From: Octopus sinensis
Lineage: Eukaryota
NCBI RefSeq assembly: GCF_006345805.1
Contig: NC_043012.1
Coordinates: 28,396,001-28,460,000, forward strand
Length of the DNA: 64,000 nucleotides
Direction: 5' to 3'
Shown: piece after piece, positions 12,130 through 26,399 of the stretch
How the letters are laid out: each line of letters opens with the position of its first letter
How positions within the stretch are numbered: the first letter of the stretch is position 1
Position numbers and translations under genes: made by a program
The notes under the pieces: generated by a model
Told to the model about the DNA's origin: nothing
The model's input: only the letters and a program-made list of their open reading frames with translations
Database searches by the model: none

Positions 12130-13380
12130 TATAAAATAGAGAATCCTCTTGTTCTGCTGCCGGTTGCGGTCTAAGAAGTCTAGTATGGAAAGGTAAAACT
12201 CGTAGGGCAGATCCCCGAAATTGAACGGTTTTCGTTACCTCGCGTCCTAGAGCACGCACCTTAGTCCTGGTAATGCAGCTTTCTTCCTTAGCATTGAAGA
12301 ATTGGTCGAAGGACAATTTAACCGCGAACATGTCAGTTGCGATGACTTTCCCAAGCGTCACTTTTAAGTGTCTAACTAGATTTATCTCCCTTTAAAAAAA
12401 TTCTCTATCGCTACGATCTTACTTAAGCTATTCAATTCTACTGTAATCGCTCTTTTTAGGGCGAACCGCCATCTGTTGTTGACGACTGCCCGCATTAACG
12501 TCTGCTGAACTAATCCACTAATCCAGTCTCTGTAATCTTGGCACTCGAGAGCAACGTGTTCAGCTTTCCGTAACCGAGTTCCCGCCTATAATGCTTATTT
12601 AGGTCGATCTTACAGATCCATAACTTATGGCCTGTGTAGCCGACGATTTTAAAATGGGACATGTCTAAGTGACTCGAAGTGTCGAGGGGAATTTCTCTGG
12701 GGGTCATTCAGTTTTTATTTTGCTGTGTTATTTGTAAGCTTCCAGCTGCTGGTGTTGTTGGTGGTGTGGCGGCTCTTGAGGGTAGTGTTTTATTTGTTTT
12801 AGTTGTTGCTAGTTCCACTCTTTGTATTGTGTCTGCTGTTTTTGTTTCCACTGATGCTGCTACAACTTTTTTGCAGTTTGTTGCTATCATTATATGCTGT
12901 CATTGGTACTGCTAATGTTGCTGTTATGATGATAGAGTCGGTAGAAGTGAGGGCCCTTCTCTCTTCTCCTTTTCTGTGGATAGAAAAACGAGATGGTTTG
13001 TGTCACCACGGAAGTGACTCATCAACCTTGTGTCCTCAACTGACACGTATAGTTTTGTGATATTTGGCAGACTGGTTAGGTCTGGGATGGATTCCGTGGT
13101 TTGCTGATCCATTTACATTAATAACTACATTCTGCAAAATATTAGTTTTGACCTCAATGTCGACGAAGAAAACCGTCACTAACTGGATGTTTACTTCTGG
13201 GGCACGCTGACTTTCATTATTTGTACCATTCTACTGGCAAGGTAGATTGGTATGAGGATCAGTTCATCACTCATTAGGGTTGTTGTGGAGTATTTCCTGG
13301 CCTCATCCTCTCTAAAGAATCTCATACCTACTGTACGGTACATTTAGTCTGAGTCATTTACTTTTGTGTCGCCTGGTCTA
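12130..13380 (-). mobile_element. L1/Tx1 LINE fragment (ORF1 remnant, endonuclease C-terminus, linker)
   Basis: ESIPDLTSLPNITKLYVSV resembles ORF1 at 16451-16648. GYTGHKLW is an SDH-like APE end. DQFFNAKEESCITRTKVRAL resembles 14650-14720. Confidence 0.7.
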
Positions 13381-13914
13381 TTTTACTACTTTTTGTTGAG
13401 TAGATTTTGTATACCACAATTTTGAGAGTTGTTTCTTACCATATGAATTCTGGTATGTTGAGCTTAACAATTTATTCATATCATGTATGTTTTGGCATTT
13501 TAAGATTCTTATATTTGGCGAACAACGCCTGCGAACTCATCAACGCTAGACTTGCGTGCGAGGTGTCATGTCTACGTTTTTTTGAGTTGATGTTAATGGT
13601 GATGGTGGCGGCAGAGGTGAAATGTGCAGGTGTGCTGAGGTGACATTTCAAGTTTTTGCTTTTCTATCTACGTTCTCATTCTTGCTGTGGGTTTGGTTGT
13701 ATTCATCTTTGTTCATGTTGTTTTCATTTTCCTTGTTGTTGTTTTCTTGTTGTTATTGCTGCTGCTGCTGTCGCAGCTGTTATGATCAGTTAGCAATGGT
13801 GGTTGTAATCGCATTCCTTGGACAGTTTGACGAAAAATTCCACACCATATTTGTTTATTTAAAAAATCGGTAAATGCTATAAAACTACAGAAAATCCCAT
13901 TTGAAGAATGATGA

Positions 13915-16900
13915 CTATACTTGCTCACCGTGAAGGAAATGTTGGAGATGTCGCTGCCTCAACACATGTCTGCGTACAATTAACCACGACATACTCAGTC
14001 CCCCACTCAGCGGATGCTGACAGCAGATAGACCTTTTGACAAACGGAACACGTCCCCTCCACAGAAATAGGAAGAGCAAGTGCTCCATTTTGATCAGCGA
14101 CGAAGCAGGGATAGGGTCAGGCAGCAGTAGATGACGGAAGCTACGAAAATCCTTGGCCAAAATCTTTTAATATGCGTTTATCAGAGTTATGGGCCTAAAA
14201 TTATCTATATGAATCCCCTTGTTCGAGTTCTTTATCAGCTGCACCACTACACCATAGCTCACAGCACTGTGAATTCCCCTGTTCTGTTGCCAGGTGCGGT
14301 AGACATTCGCTAAGTGATCACTGAATAAGCCTGGCATATGAAGGTAAAGCTCGAATGATAGACTATCCAGCCTCTTGGGTATCTACTCATCGTGTCAAGT
14401 ATTTCTTCCGTATTCCTGGCCGATAGGTGCGGCATACCGTCGAAGTAGGAGGTGAAATTCCCTCTCATCACTGACCCAAAGCATTCTCCGTACAGTTCAG
14501 CAAAGTGCCGCAAAAACATTCCACACACATCTGCTTGGTTTCGAGTAGCAAGAGCCCATCCTGGCCTGTCAAAGATCGAATGTTGGCTTTTTTCCACGTT
14601 GCACCTCTGCCACCTGGGTCCATCGAACGAACGGTTTTTATTACATCGTGTCTTAGGACACGCACCCTAGCTCTAACAACACATTTGTGCTTGGCATTGA
14701 AGAATTTGTCAAGGGATCATATCGCCGCCAGTACGCCAGTCACTATGTCTTTTCTAATCGTCTCTTCAAGATTCCTAACTAGGTTTCCCTCTATCCTAAA
14801 TTTCTCTAACGTTATCGCTTTAACTAAGCTCAAACGTCTCTACTCTAATATACCATCGGTTGCTGGCGATTGAAACCAACAACTTCCGATGGACTAATTT
14901 GTTAAACCGATCTTTGTATACTTTATGCGCCTAGAAGGAAGCGTTCACATTCCAGTGTCCGGGGTTCTACCTGTAGATCCTATCTAGGTCAACCGTACGG
15001 GTCACAAATTTGTCGACTTTGAATTGTGGACAATTTATGCTACTTCTGTCTACAGCCCTATAAAATACTCTACCTAGATACGATCTGGAAGACCCGATGC
15101 TGGTTGCCTATGTTCTCATTGGCGTATTCGAAAAATCCAGTCGGGACCTGACAGCCAATTGGAAGCGATTGAGCAGGTTTGTGAGACTTTTACACTCCTT
15201 CACTCCTATCGTCTAACCCCATCCTATCCAGGCCTTTTCTAAACAACATTGCCACCCTACTCCCATTTCAGGTCGAGCTAGAGATGCGTAGATCTCAAAG
15301 TTGTTAAAAGTGGGGACTAGTGAGCGCATGTTCGAATATTTGGACTCTCTGGCGGCTATCACGTCCAACCTGGGTGACCTGAAGTCATTGAACAAGTGAT
15401 TTTGCTTCTGGGACCTCCCTAGGCCACGCACATTTATGCAACCTACTCTAATAATTGCCATGTTGGCCGGAAAGATTTGAGAAAAAGAAAAAAAAGCGGG
15501 GTTACTAATCCTCCCTGTGTTGTTGGTGGCCGGGTGGCCCGACCTTCGGCTGTAGTTGGGTTTCTTCTGGGAACGCCTTTAAAAGTCCGTTGGTGGCTTT
15601 TACATTAGAGGAAACCTATTTAATGTTTTTATATATTGTTAACGGCACGCGCACTAGCAATAGCTTTTCTGACATTTTAAGCATACTGGTGTCATATATT
15701 GTACTTCGTCTCTCAATTTCTTTATTTCGAGCTCTGAGGGCCATCAAATCTTTGTTGGCTCTTCTCATGTGCAAGAAATTTGGAGCCTGTGTGGTTGACT
15801 GTTCTTTTGTATGCTTTCCTTTTCGGGTGAGGTAGGGTTGCGATCGTGTTGGTTATACTGGTGATAGCCGTGTTGGTTGTGTTCATAGCTGTGAAATGGA
15901 TGAGGTTGGTGCTATTGTCGACGCGACTGTGCCTGCTGTGAGAGCGATTTCTGCATCATCCAATGAGTGTGCCGGTGCGAGGCCGGTTCTTTTTTCCTCC
16001 TTTCTTATATTTTAGGTTTATAGGGTTCTTCTTCATTTTCACTTCGAGATGTGAAGAAACTAGAGTCTGTATGTCCGTCTCAGATATAGGCCGGTGTGTG
16101 TTTGTGTTTATGTGGGTGTCTATGTGTGAGTGTGTGTTCGACAGAAGAGGAAATGGAGAGTTGGGTTGAGGAATGCCCTGGGTGGTCCTCTCTGATGATA
16201 TTTTTGTCGATGGTGGTGGTGACAGTGGTGGTGTGGTGCTGGTGGGGCTATTGTTATTATTACAGCTACTGCTGCTACCGCTGCTGGTGCTGCAAGTCTT
16301 GTCACCGCTGGAGACGCCGATACTGCCACTCTCATTTTCGGCATCGTGAATCTTTTCTTGTGGTGGTGTGATTTTTCTTGCAGTAGCCACTGTTGCAGTT
16401 GTTGCTGCATTTTTCTTGCTTTATTGTGGATATTGTTGTAGTTTTGCCTATTAAGCCAGCAGCAGGGCCCTTCTTTCTCCCCTTTTGTTTTTGTTGTGTG
16501 GGCAGAAAACTCGTGGATGATCCGCCATTCCACAGACATGGCACTTCGGTTGTCTGCCCGCCACACTCAGTCTAAACTCTATTCCATTCGGCAGGGATAT
16601 CAGGTCTGGGATCCTCTCCAGTTGGTCTGGCTTTACATATAGAAGCACTTCCAGAGTGATCCCAGTCCAGTTCGTTTTGATCTCTTGGCCTCCAGGAGAG
16701 TTTCACTCTCGACCAGTCCCACACAAGCGAGAATCCACCACAAATCTAGTTCTGGTGGTACCCCTTGTATGGTAATTTTCACCACTCTTCTTTAAAAATA
16801 TGTAGGGGAAAGTATGAAGTGTTGGAATGCCACGGCCTCAGTCTTGAATAAGACTTCGACCCCGCCGAACTGCTTACAGAGAAAGTTTTGAGGGATTACT

Positions 16901-16920
16901 TTTCTTTCACCGTTTTTCAT
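13915..16920 (-). mobile_element. L1/Tx1 LINE with ORF1 (CCHC), APE and RT start; RT core deleted
   Basis: ORF1: GRQPKCHVCGMADHPRVFCP. ORF2 starts at 15461 with MAIIRVGCINVRGL (APE). The RT N-terminus (NKGDS..F.P IT) is at about 14190 and is joined to post-RT sequence LWRGRVPFVKRSICCQHP. Confidence 0.85.
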
Positions 16921-16929
16921 GCATGCTTC

Positions 16930-17830
16930 CACCCCTCATCGTGATCGATGTTGGTTACCAAAAACCAGTTTTTTACATTACTTCGGTGTTTAGAAAATTT
17001 GTTCAATTTGGAAACAAGATCAAAAGTATCCCGAATGTAGGAACATGATCTTTTAGCTACTGGGAGTAAAAAGCCAGCCAGTCAACCATTCTGAAATTTT
17101 AGCAGTGCAACATTCATACCCACTGCAAATTGGGTGTAAAGGAGGAAATTTTTCGAAATTTTTACGTATTTTTGGAAGACCATAAAATACAGGTGTTCTT
17201 TCTGAACGTAATAGCTTAGATTTCGTGTCATTTATGAAATTCTTTTTCTCCATTTCCAAAATTATTTTATCAAGTTCCTCTCTGAGGTTTGGATCTACAG
17301 GTAGTTCTTCATAAGAAGTTTTGTCTCTTAAAACTTCTTCCCAAGCTGAAACGTACTCGTCTTTCTCTATGATTACAATAGCGCCTTCTTTATCCGCCAT
17401 TTTGATATCAATAGAATCATTGTTAACTGTTGGCAACGGAGTGCGCTACGCAGGGAATCCATAAGGTTATTCCAGCTCTTTTTCTTACAGGTGTTAAGAC
17501 TTTCTCAAATTCCTGTCTGAAAAGATTCGATAAATTCCAACAGTGCTTGTGAACGTCCCTCCCGAACTTTATCCGGATTCCAATTTGGATTCTTTAAAAT
17601 CCAATTATGCCAGATCCGATCATCATCATCATTTCTTTCAACAAACATGTGGATTTTTGACCGCCCGTTACCAATTCTTTCGAAAAAAGAAAAAATGCTT
17701 GAGGCTTGTGACGGCGGACAAACTGATATATTCCTTGTGTTAATTTATTTTTGTCAAAATTCTTAGTGCTTGGGTAAAAACTTAAGTCCAAGTTCTAAGA
17801 AACAGATATCATCTGGCGAAAGTTTTAACT
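16930..17830 (-). mobile_element. Penelope-like element, N-terminal and early RT fragment
   Basis: DLSFYPS..; KMADKEGAIVI..Y..L..DP..FYGLPKIRK..PLHPICS; SYIRDTFDLVSKL..TNIDHDEG. Confidence 0.85.
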
Positions 17831-17919
17831 TTGATAAATTTATTGCCGTCTTATTTTCTTACATGGTTGATTTTCTTGGTCCAGCATTTTCCCCAGCGTT
17901 ACTTGCATCATATATTTTA

Positions 17920-20010
17920 CTCTCATTTTGGGGGGCTTATGAGAGGGACAATACAAAACAGAATGATATGTGGGGGTTTACATATAATGAAATGATAAAA
18001 TAAATGAATAATAATAAAAGAAGAGATTAAGTATACACAACATATAGTGAAAAGGAAGGGAAATATACAGAGAATACAAAGTTTTACCAAAAAAGGTGGG
18101 TGGGAATGATAGAAATATAGACCTCTTGATGCAAGATGACCTCTAGGGATAATCGAGGAACCCCACTGTCCAAGCTCTCCCTAAACACTAAGAGCAAGTG
18201 CCCTCTCCAATTCCCTTTCTCTGACTCACAGGTCTACACTTAGACAGGTACCATTTACTCTTGCCATTTTGGCAACTTTCACCTACCTTTCAGTAAAATC
18301 ACCGTAGGACAGCACCTCCCTCTCCATCCTCACTTTCCTTTCCTTTTCAAGTAAAACTTGAAGAAGTCAATGAGACCTCTACCAAAGGGGAATGTATCTG
18401 TCCTCATGCCTTTCAGCCTCGATCACCAGGCAACCTCTTTCGCCACAGCTACCAGGCAGGGAAAACTGACTTGCTTGACCGATTAAAGGAGGGCGGCGAG
18501 GCAATCATCACCAGGAACTCGGCCGATAGACGGATCCGTCCCACTCGGGACAGACAGTGATCGACATAATCCCCACAAATCAGCTGAATGAGTGCGTGCA
18601 GAACGGTTTCGTTAATCTGCGCGTGCATCGGACAAGCCCGTCTGACAGTACGCCCGTGCCTGTAGAGTTTATTTCGTACCAGTAGAGTTTATTTCGTACC
18701 AGTAGCGCCCCTCGGTAGCACTACCAGGCCAAAGACATATGGAAATTATCCATTATAGTTCCCAACCGAAAACTTCTCCGGAACAGGCTGGCAAGTTAGT
18801 CTTTGTCGACGCCTAGGGTCTCCCCGAGAACGTCGTCACACTTCCTCGCCACTAATCCTCTAAATTGCTAAAGAGGAACGTTCTCCAATGCCATTTCCCG
18901 ACTGGTAGAGGGCTGAAAGCGCCTGACGACATTCTAGGTGCCAGACGTCCAGTCTCGGTCTTTTCTTCACTCAGGGCTGCAGCTGCATCAAAGAGACGAG
19001 CTGCAGAAAGCTGTCTCACGAACGGAGCCCACACACGCTCACTATCCAGAAACCGTTGCAGGTGGCGCAACCTAAGAGCGTGTCTGCGCATTAGAAGCCA
19101 AGGCATACCCAATCCGTCAGTCAGAGGGTGCTGGCAACAGACTAACCACCTGATCATTGGGACGTCTCATTTCCTCAAGAAATTAGATAAGAGACGCTCC
19201 AACTTGGTCAAGCAATAACCTGGACAAGGCACGACAGTCAGACGATAAATGATAACGAAGGCGATGTAGGCATTCGTCACCTTTGCCCGACCTTTCAGGG
19301 GCAGCTTCCTCTCAGGCCATTTCTGAGTAAGACTGACCACCCTATTTATCACCTCGTCCCAGTTCTTATCCACCTGGAGGTCGGGACTAAACCAGACCCC
19401 GAGCGGTTTAGCTGGTCCGTCGGTCCAGTGTCCGACGACGCAGTCTGATGGCATCGACCTGGCTCTCCAGGAGCCCAGCTAAAAACCCATCGATTTGTCG
19501 GCGTTGATTTTGGCCCCTGCAACCGACTCATATTCCCCTAGAATGTAGCCGACCGTCTCTATTTCGGACACGTCCGACACCATGACGGTGACGTCTTCTG
19601 CGTACGCCAACATTGCCCTTCCGTATCCCAGTTTGAAAGGGATGCCCCCTTAACTGTTCCAACTTAACTATTCCGCAGCAGTGGCTCGAGATCCAATACA
19701 TACAGAAGAGGTGACATTGGGCAGCCCTGATGAACTGAGCGTGCGCTGCTAAACGGTTTCGATAGGTGACTATTTATTTTGACCACTGAACAGGTGCAGC
19801 AATCCAGCCTACGAAAACGGATCCGAAACTGCCTCCTTCGAGGACGGCTTCCAAGTAGCGATGGAGGGGCTCTATCAAATGCTTTGGATTGATCCAAATT
19901 GATAAGAGCATCCACGAAGTAAGCTTTGGTCTCAGCTCTCTCTATGATGTATTACATAATGTGGAGGTTGTTAGGGATAGACCTATTCGAGATTGCGTAC
20001 GTTTGGGCTT
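17920..20010 (-). mobile_element. L1/Tx1 LINE ORF2 3' half and 3' UTR
   Basis: LINLDQSKAFDR, SVHQGCPMSPLLYVL, AYAEDVTV (degenerate YADD), LGVWF..NW, SLAW*CYRGAL, a CCHC-like ETVLHAL, then the 3' UTR. Confidence 0.85.
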
Positions 20011-20021
20011 CCCCGACTAGG

Positions 20022-20576
20022 CTAACTACTAAAAAGCAGAGGCACAGTCCATAGATCGTCCCCAGTCAAGGGCAGTGTGGATAATGGTGAGAGGATACCA
20101 ACGTAGGATGAAGTGGAGTGCCATGAATTGAGACTGAGTTTCAAAATCACTGCAGAGCCTGCGTAGATGGAGGAATTGGGAGAGTAGGAGATGGAGAGCT
20201 TGGTGTGGATATAATGGAAGGATGAGAAGTTAAGGTAAGAGTGTGAGTCTCTCACAACATCCATCTACTATAAACAGTAGTAGATGGAGGTAGTGAGAGC
20301 AGAGTGGTGTATGCTGAGAGAAATGTCGAGAAATTCGACGGAAGAGTTAGAGATAATGCAGGTGAATTCGAGGGCAGGATAGAAGGATTGGACAAAGGAG
20401 ACGAAAGAGTTCAGAGGTTCGCAGAAGAGTGAGGTCGCACCGTTACAGTTATCGATATAACAACCGTATAGCTCGGGAGTGGGACCAGTAAATTGTGAGA
20501 ATATTTGGGCCTCAGCACAGCCAACGAACAGGTTCGCATAATTGGGGTTCATTCTTATTCCCGTGGCCACTTCCAT
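20022..20576 (-). mobile_element. Penelope-like element RT core and thumb fragment
   Basis: VATGIRMNPNYANLFVG (cf. GVAMGTRMGPNYANLF), YIDN (cf. YIDD), VEFLDISL..TSIYY, DSHSYLNFSSFH. Confidence 0.85.
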
Positions 20577-20599
20577 ATGTACATAAATACATACACACG

Positions 20600-20700
<101 letters not shown>

Positions 20701-20702
20701 CA

Positions 20703-20741
<39 letters not shown>

Positions 20742-20758
20742 TCTATCTATCTATATAT

Positions 20759-21167
20759 AGGAGTGGCTGTGTGGTAAGTAGCTTGCTTACCAACCACATG
20801 GTTCTAGGTTCAGTCCCACTGCGTGGCACCTTGGGCAAGTGTCTTATACTATAGCCTCGGGCCGACCAATGCCCTGTGAGTGAAGTTAGTGGGAAACTGA
20901 AAGAAGCCTGTCGTATGTATGTATGTATATGTGTATGTGTGTGTATATATTTGTGTGTCTGTATTTGTCCCCCCAACATTGCTTGACAACCGATGGTGGT
21001 GTGTGTACGTCCCCGTAACCTAGCGGATCGGCAAATGAGACCGATAGAATAAGTACTAGGCTTACAAAGAATATGTCCTGGGGTCGATTTGCTCGACTAA
21101 AGGCAGTGCTCCAGCATGGCCGCAGTCAAATGACTGAAACAAGTAAAAGTAAAAGAGAGTAAAGAGT
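20759..21167 (+). mobile_element. Composite tRNA-derived SINE (family A), near full length
   Basis: Head GGAGTGGCTGTGTGGTAAG..GGTTCAGTCCC, CCTTGGGCAAG motif, an internal microsatellite, and a 3' module GATAGAATAAGTACT..CAGCATGGCCGCAGTC..GTAAAAG. Confidence 0.85.
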
Positions 21168-21175
21168 ATATATAT

Positions 21176-21214
<39 letters not shown>

Positions 21215-21219
<5 letters not shown>

Positions 21220-21420
21220 TAATCCAAACAAGAAAACAAAAAGACAACAACGCGAGGATGTGGAACAAATAAAGTATTATTGGGCGCTCAGGAAAGAAGG
21301 GAAGAAGGAGGGTATGACGTTTCGAGCGGAGCTCTTCGTCGGAAGCATAGGAGAAAGAAAGATCTGGAGGTGGGAGGACAGAGGGAAAAAAAATTGCAAG
21401 TGGTCTTCACGAGGTCACAC
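21215..21420 (-). mobile_element. Putative PLE terminal fragment with a degenerate hammerhead
   Basis: Located between (TA)n tracts. Minus 21342-21316 reads CCGACGA-A-GAGC TCC GCTC-GAAAC-GTC; stem I is not supported. Confidence 0.45.
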
Positions 21421-21473
21421 ACATATATATATATGTGTGTGTGTGTGTACGTATCTATCTATTATATATCTAG

Positions 21474-21542
<69 letters not shown>

Positions 21543-22384
21543 ATATATTATATATATATATATATAATATATATATATATACATATACATTATATATATA
21601 TATATATATTATATATATATATTATATACCACACACATACACACACACATACATACACACACACGTACATACACACACACGCGCGCGCGCACACACACAA
21701 ATATAAATAAACATAAGTTGTACTTATATTATATATTAAATAAATAATCATTAAAAGAAAATCAATTGATAATAACTTGAAAAATTGAAGAGGAGATAAC
21801 TGCTGTGACAACGTATGATAACGTTTGTGTTGCTAACGTATGTTATTCGCTTCACAGACATTTCACTGGGCTCAATGAGAGCGTGAGTTGGCGTTGTGTT
21901 GCCTTCACCGTCTGCTTTATATAGTGATCTGAATTACACCATTCTCGCCAACATGACCGAATGTACACAGGAATACTTGGAGGAGAAGTTCAGACAGTTT
22001 AGGGAGCCAAACTCGGAGGAGGGTGAGTAGAAAAACATGTTTTCATATATTTCTATTCATATATCTTCCATCTTACTCTCTTATTGAGTTCACCTACTTC
22101 TCACTCAGCCTATAAAGGAACCCCTATTAAGCGACTTCATTTGCTAGAAATAGCAGGCGAATAGCCTTAAGATTATACCTTCTGGTCCTACAAAACATGG
22201 ACACATTGAATTATGTCGAGTGATGCGATATTCCTTTAAAATGACCTGAGTCAGACCCTACTTGTGACAAGACACCAATCTATTTCAGATGTGTGTATTT
22301 GTGTGTGTGTGTGTGTGTTTGTGTATCTATTAATGTATGTATCTATATATGTATACACACACACACACAGATATAAACGTGTGT

Positions 22385-22426
<42 letters not shown>

Positions 22427-22428
22427 AT

Positions 22429-22465
<37 letters not shown>

Positions 22466-22776
22466 ATGTATATACACTCACGTGTGTACAGTATACATAT
22501 ATACATACGTGTGTATAGTATATATATATATACATGTTTATGTGGTATATATACATATACCACATAAACATGTGTGTATGCGGATTTTTAGGATTTTAGC
22601 TCTCCTTTATCAAAGCCGTTCCATAATTTTAAGTTCTCTAAAAATACGTTTTCCACTAAATCCTTTGTTTCAGGATGTGATATTTCATTTGAGTGAGATT
22701 TGGTGGCTAGGTCTAGTGACTACATAAAACTTACCTTCTTGGTACGCACACACGCACATACACACACATACACACT

Positions 22777-22809
<33 letters not shown>

Positions 22810-22810
22810 A

Positions 22811-22880
<70 letters not shown>

Positions 22881-23168
22881 CACACACAAAGAAACACACT
22901 CGCGCACGTATATATATATAATCAGACTCGTGTGTATATGTATAATCAGACATAATATATACATATGTATATATTCATTTATATATACATACATGTGTTA
23001 GTGTATACATACATACATACATACATGTCATATATATATAGATACAAACACAAATTATATATATATATACATACATACTCACATATACACGCATACATAT
23101 ATGCATACAATCTTACATACACATATTTATATGTATATATATATTTATATGTATCTCTCTATCTCCCC

Positions 23169-23218
<50 letters not shown>

Positions 23219-23251
23219 GCAGACACACACACACACACACACACACACACA

Positions 23252-23292
<41 letters not shown>

Positions 23293-23599
23293 CACACATA
23301 TATGTATGTGTATATGTGTTATAATTTGCGTGTGACACACTAGATGGCCTGATACTAATATATTATTAATACCACTGTAACGTATTGTAGAACAGCTTGG
23401 CTAAATTTTTCAGTTGTTACCCCACCACCCTTCCATAGAATATGTAAATAAAACATTTGTCCCAGTTTTCTCGTGACATTTAGAAATGTATCTCACTTGT
23501 ATGTGTAGGTGAATTGTAGCTCAAGTAGGATGGTCGAATATAATATAAGGGAAAATTTAATATAATATAATATATATGTATATACATATATATATATAT

Positions 23600-23636
<37 letters not shown>

Positions 23637-24019
23637 ATACATATGTATATTTATATGTTTTTGTGTGCTTCTTTATATGAGTATGCTTCAAAATTATCAA
23701 GTTTAGGGTTCAAGCGGAATGTGTGTTATTTAAAACTTCCGCCATTGTTTCGGGTCAGTGAAAGCATTGAGCATGAAATTTGCTGAATGCAATCCGACTG
23801 TTGATGGAGGAAGTGCTACTGCTTTTATGCGGTAAACTTTTGTTGTTGCCGTATCAACAGCACTACGTCACCCGACCTTGGGTGCTTTTAGCAGACCCTA
23901 CTCTATTCTAAGTATTTGACGAAATTCTTCGATTTGAGTCAATATTCTTTCTTACCATAATCTCGGAGACTAAAAGCTATGATTGTTGCTCTCCCTTCTC
24001 TCATTAAGCCAATAGCATA

Positions 24020-24438
<419 letters not shown>

Positions 24439-24822
24439 GTTTGTAGAAGATGAATATTTCAGTTGTCAGTACTTTACATCCGAAAACGAAATCGTGCTGA
24501 CAGTGATTTACAAGACTTGGATGGGAAACGTGTTTATATCAAAAATTCAAAATATAAACAAATAATAAAATGATAAAAAATATAATAAGAATAATAAGAT
24601 ATAAAGTGTAAATGAAGTAAGTTATAAAAACATGAAAACCGTGTATACATGTATTCGAGGGAAAATAAATAGAGTTCAGTGATACGAGATATCATGAAGG
24701 TAAAAGTCAGTTAAAAACCATGAAAAGTAAAAGAAGATTTTATTACTCCTTAGCTCATAAACGAGCACAAAAAACAGTTGTAATATTCGCGGAATATTGG
24801 CTCAATTAAAAAACTTCTTATT

Positions 24823-24856
<34 letters not shown>

Positions 24857-25444
24857 GCGTGTGTGTATGTGTGTGTGTGTGTGTGAGTATGTATGTATGT
24901 GTGCGATTGTGCATGTGTGTGTTTGTTTGTGAGTGTGTTTGTTCGTGTATCTGTATGTGCTTAGATGAATATTTAAACGCATGTATATATGTATACGAAG
25001 TGTTTACATTTAAAAATCATACGTATATGTTTATGCGGGTTAGTGTTCGTGTGTAAGTGGGGGTGGGTGGGAGGCTGTAAGTTTACGACAGAAAATCCTT
25101 CAGAGAAAACGAGTTTTAAACAAGTTATTAGTTTAACGGTCAATGAGAGATTACAAAAGTGGAAATAGCTTTGATGTTTCGAGGTTTAAGCACGTCTTCA
25201 GAAAAATATTTAGAAGGAAGAAACAGTTCTAAAGTTCTAAAAATGGGTAAGGTGTATGTATATATTTATGTATGTGCGAGTAGTGGACATACGAATGAAA
25301 GAGGCACTCAACACATTTGGTGGAAGTTAAATATATTATTATTTAAAACAATTTGATTCGGTCTCGTGCTCCTTACTTTTTCAAGTTGCATGGGTCCAAT
25401 GAGGCTGTTTCCAACAACAACAACAACAACAACAACAAAATCAA

Positions 25445-25618
25445 TAGTTTCAAATTTTCGCACAAAGCCAGCATGTTCGTGAGGGGGAGCAAAGTCGAAT
25501 ACAGTGACTCAGTGTTCAACTGGTACTTATTTTATCAACCTCGAAAGGATGAAAGACAAAGTTGAACCTGGGAGAATTTGAACTTAGAACGTAAAGACGA
25601 GTGAAATGCCGCAAAGCA
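25445..25618 (-). mobile_element. SINE family B copy
   Basis: TACTGGTACTTATTTTATC..GAAAGGATGAAAG.CAAAGT..GAATTTGAAC. The B box GTTCAAATTC is on the minus strand. Confidence 0.75.
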
Positions 25619-26399
25619 TATATATACACACACTAAAGTAACGATACATACAAGAATTAGAGCTTACATATTTTCATAGTAATAATAATAAGAATAAAAA
25701 AAAATCTATACTATAATGAATAAAGCTGCTCATTAATTAGGTATGTAACAATTACCAAAAACAATAATAAAAGTTTAACCGTCTGTAAATATTTTTATAA
25801 ATTCATATCCTAAGAAATTTTCTATAATTTCGATTTCTTAAGTTTATTGAATTTTTTCATTGCATTCACTGCGTCCAATTCTTCATAAATTTAAATATTC
25901 ATTCCATTCAGTGCGAAATAGATTTTAATGTTTAATAATGAACAGTATTAATTCATTGCAGGCGACTTTTTCCTTTTTTTATTTGCAACAGTCTCTCATT
26001 CTCGCTCGCCTCTATCTTCGTTAATGATAATTTAATAATAGCTATATAACTTTGATATGAGGCACAATTTCAGGAATATCATTAGTTTCCGGAGTTTATT
26101 AAATGAATATTTTTGATAAAATGAAAATTCGTTAATATACCGGTATAATTTTGTTTTTCAATGAAGAAATGATTTTGTTGGTATGGCTGTTTGGAACGCT
26201 ATAAGCCTTTCAATAATAACTATGTGATCGCTGTTATTTCTAGTACGCTAAACAATATAGTTTTTAACGAGCTTTAACTTATACGATTTTTTCATTTCAT
26301 GTTTATTTTCATTTAATGTTTGTAATTTTCTCTTCCCCACCTCTCTTTCTCTCTCACACGCAAACACTCACACAATCTCTCTAATTTAAATACACGCAT

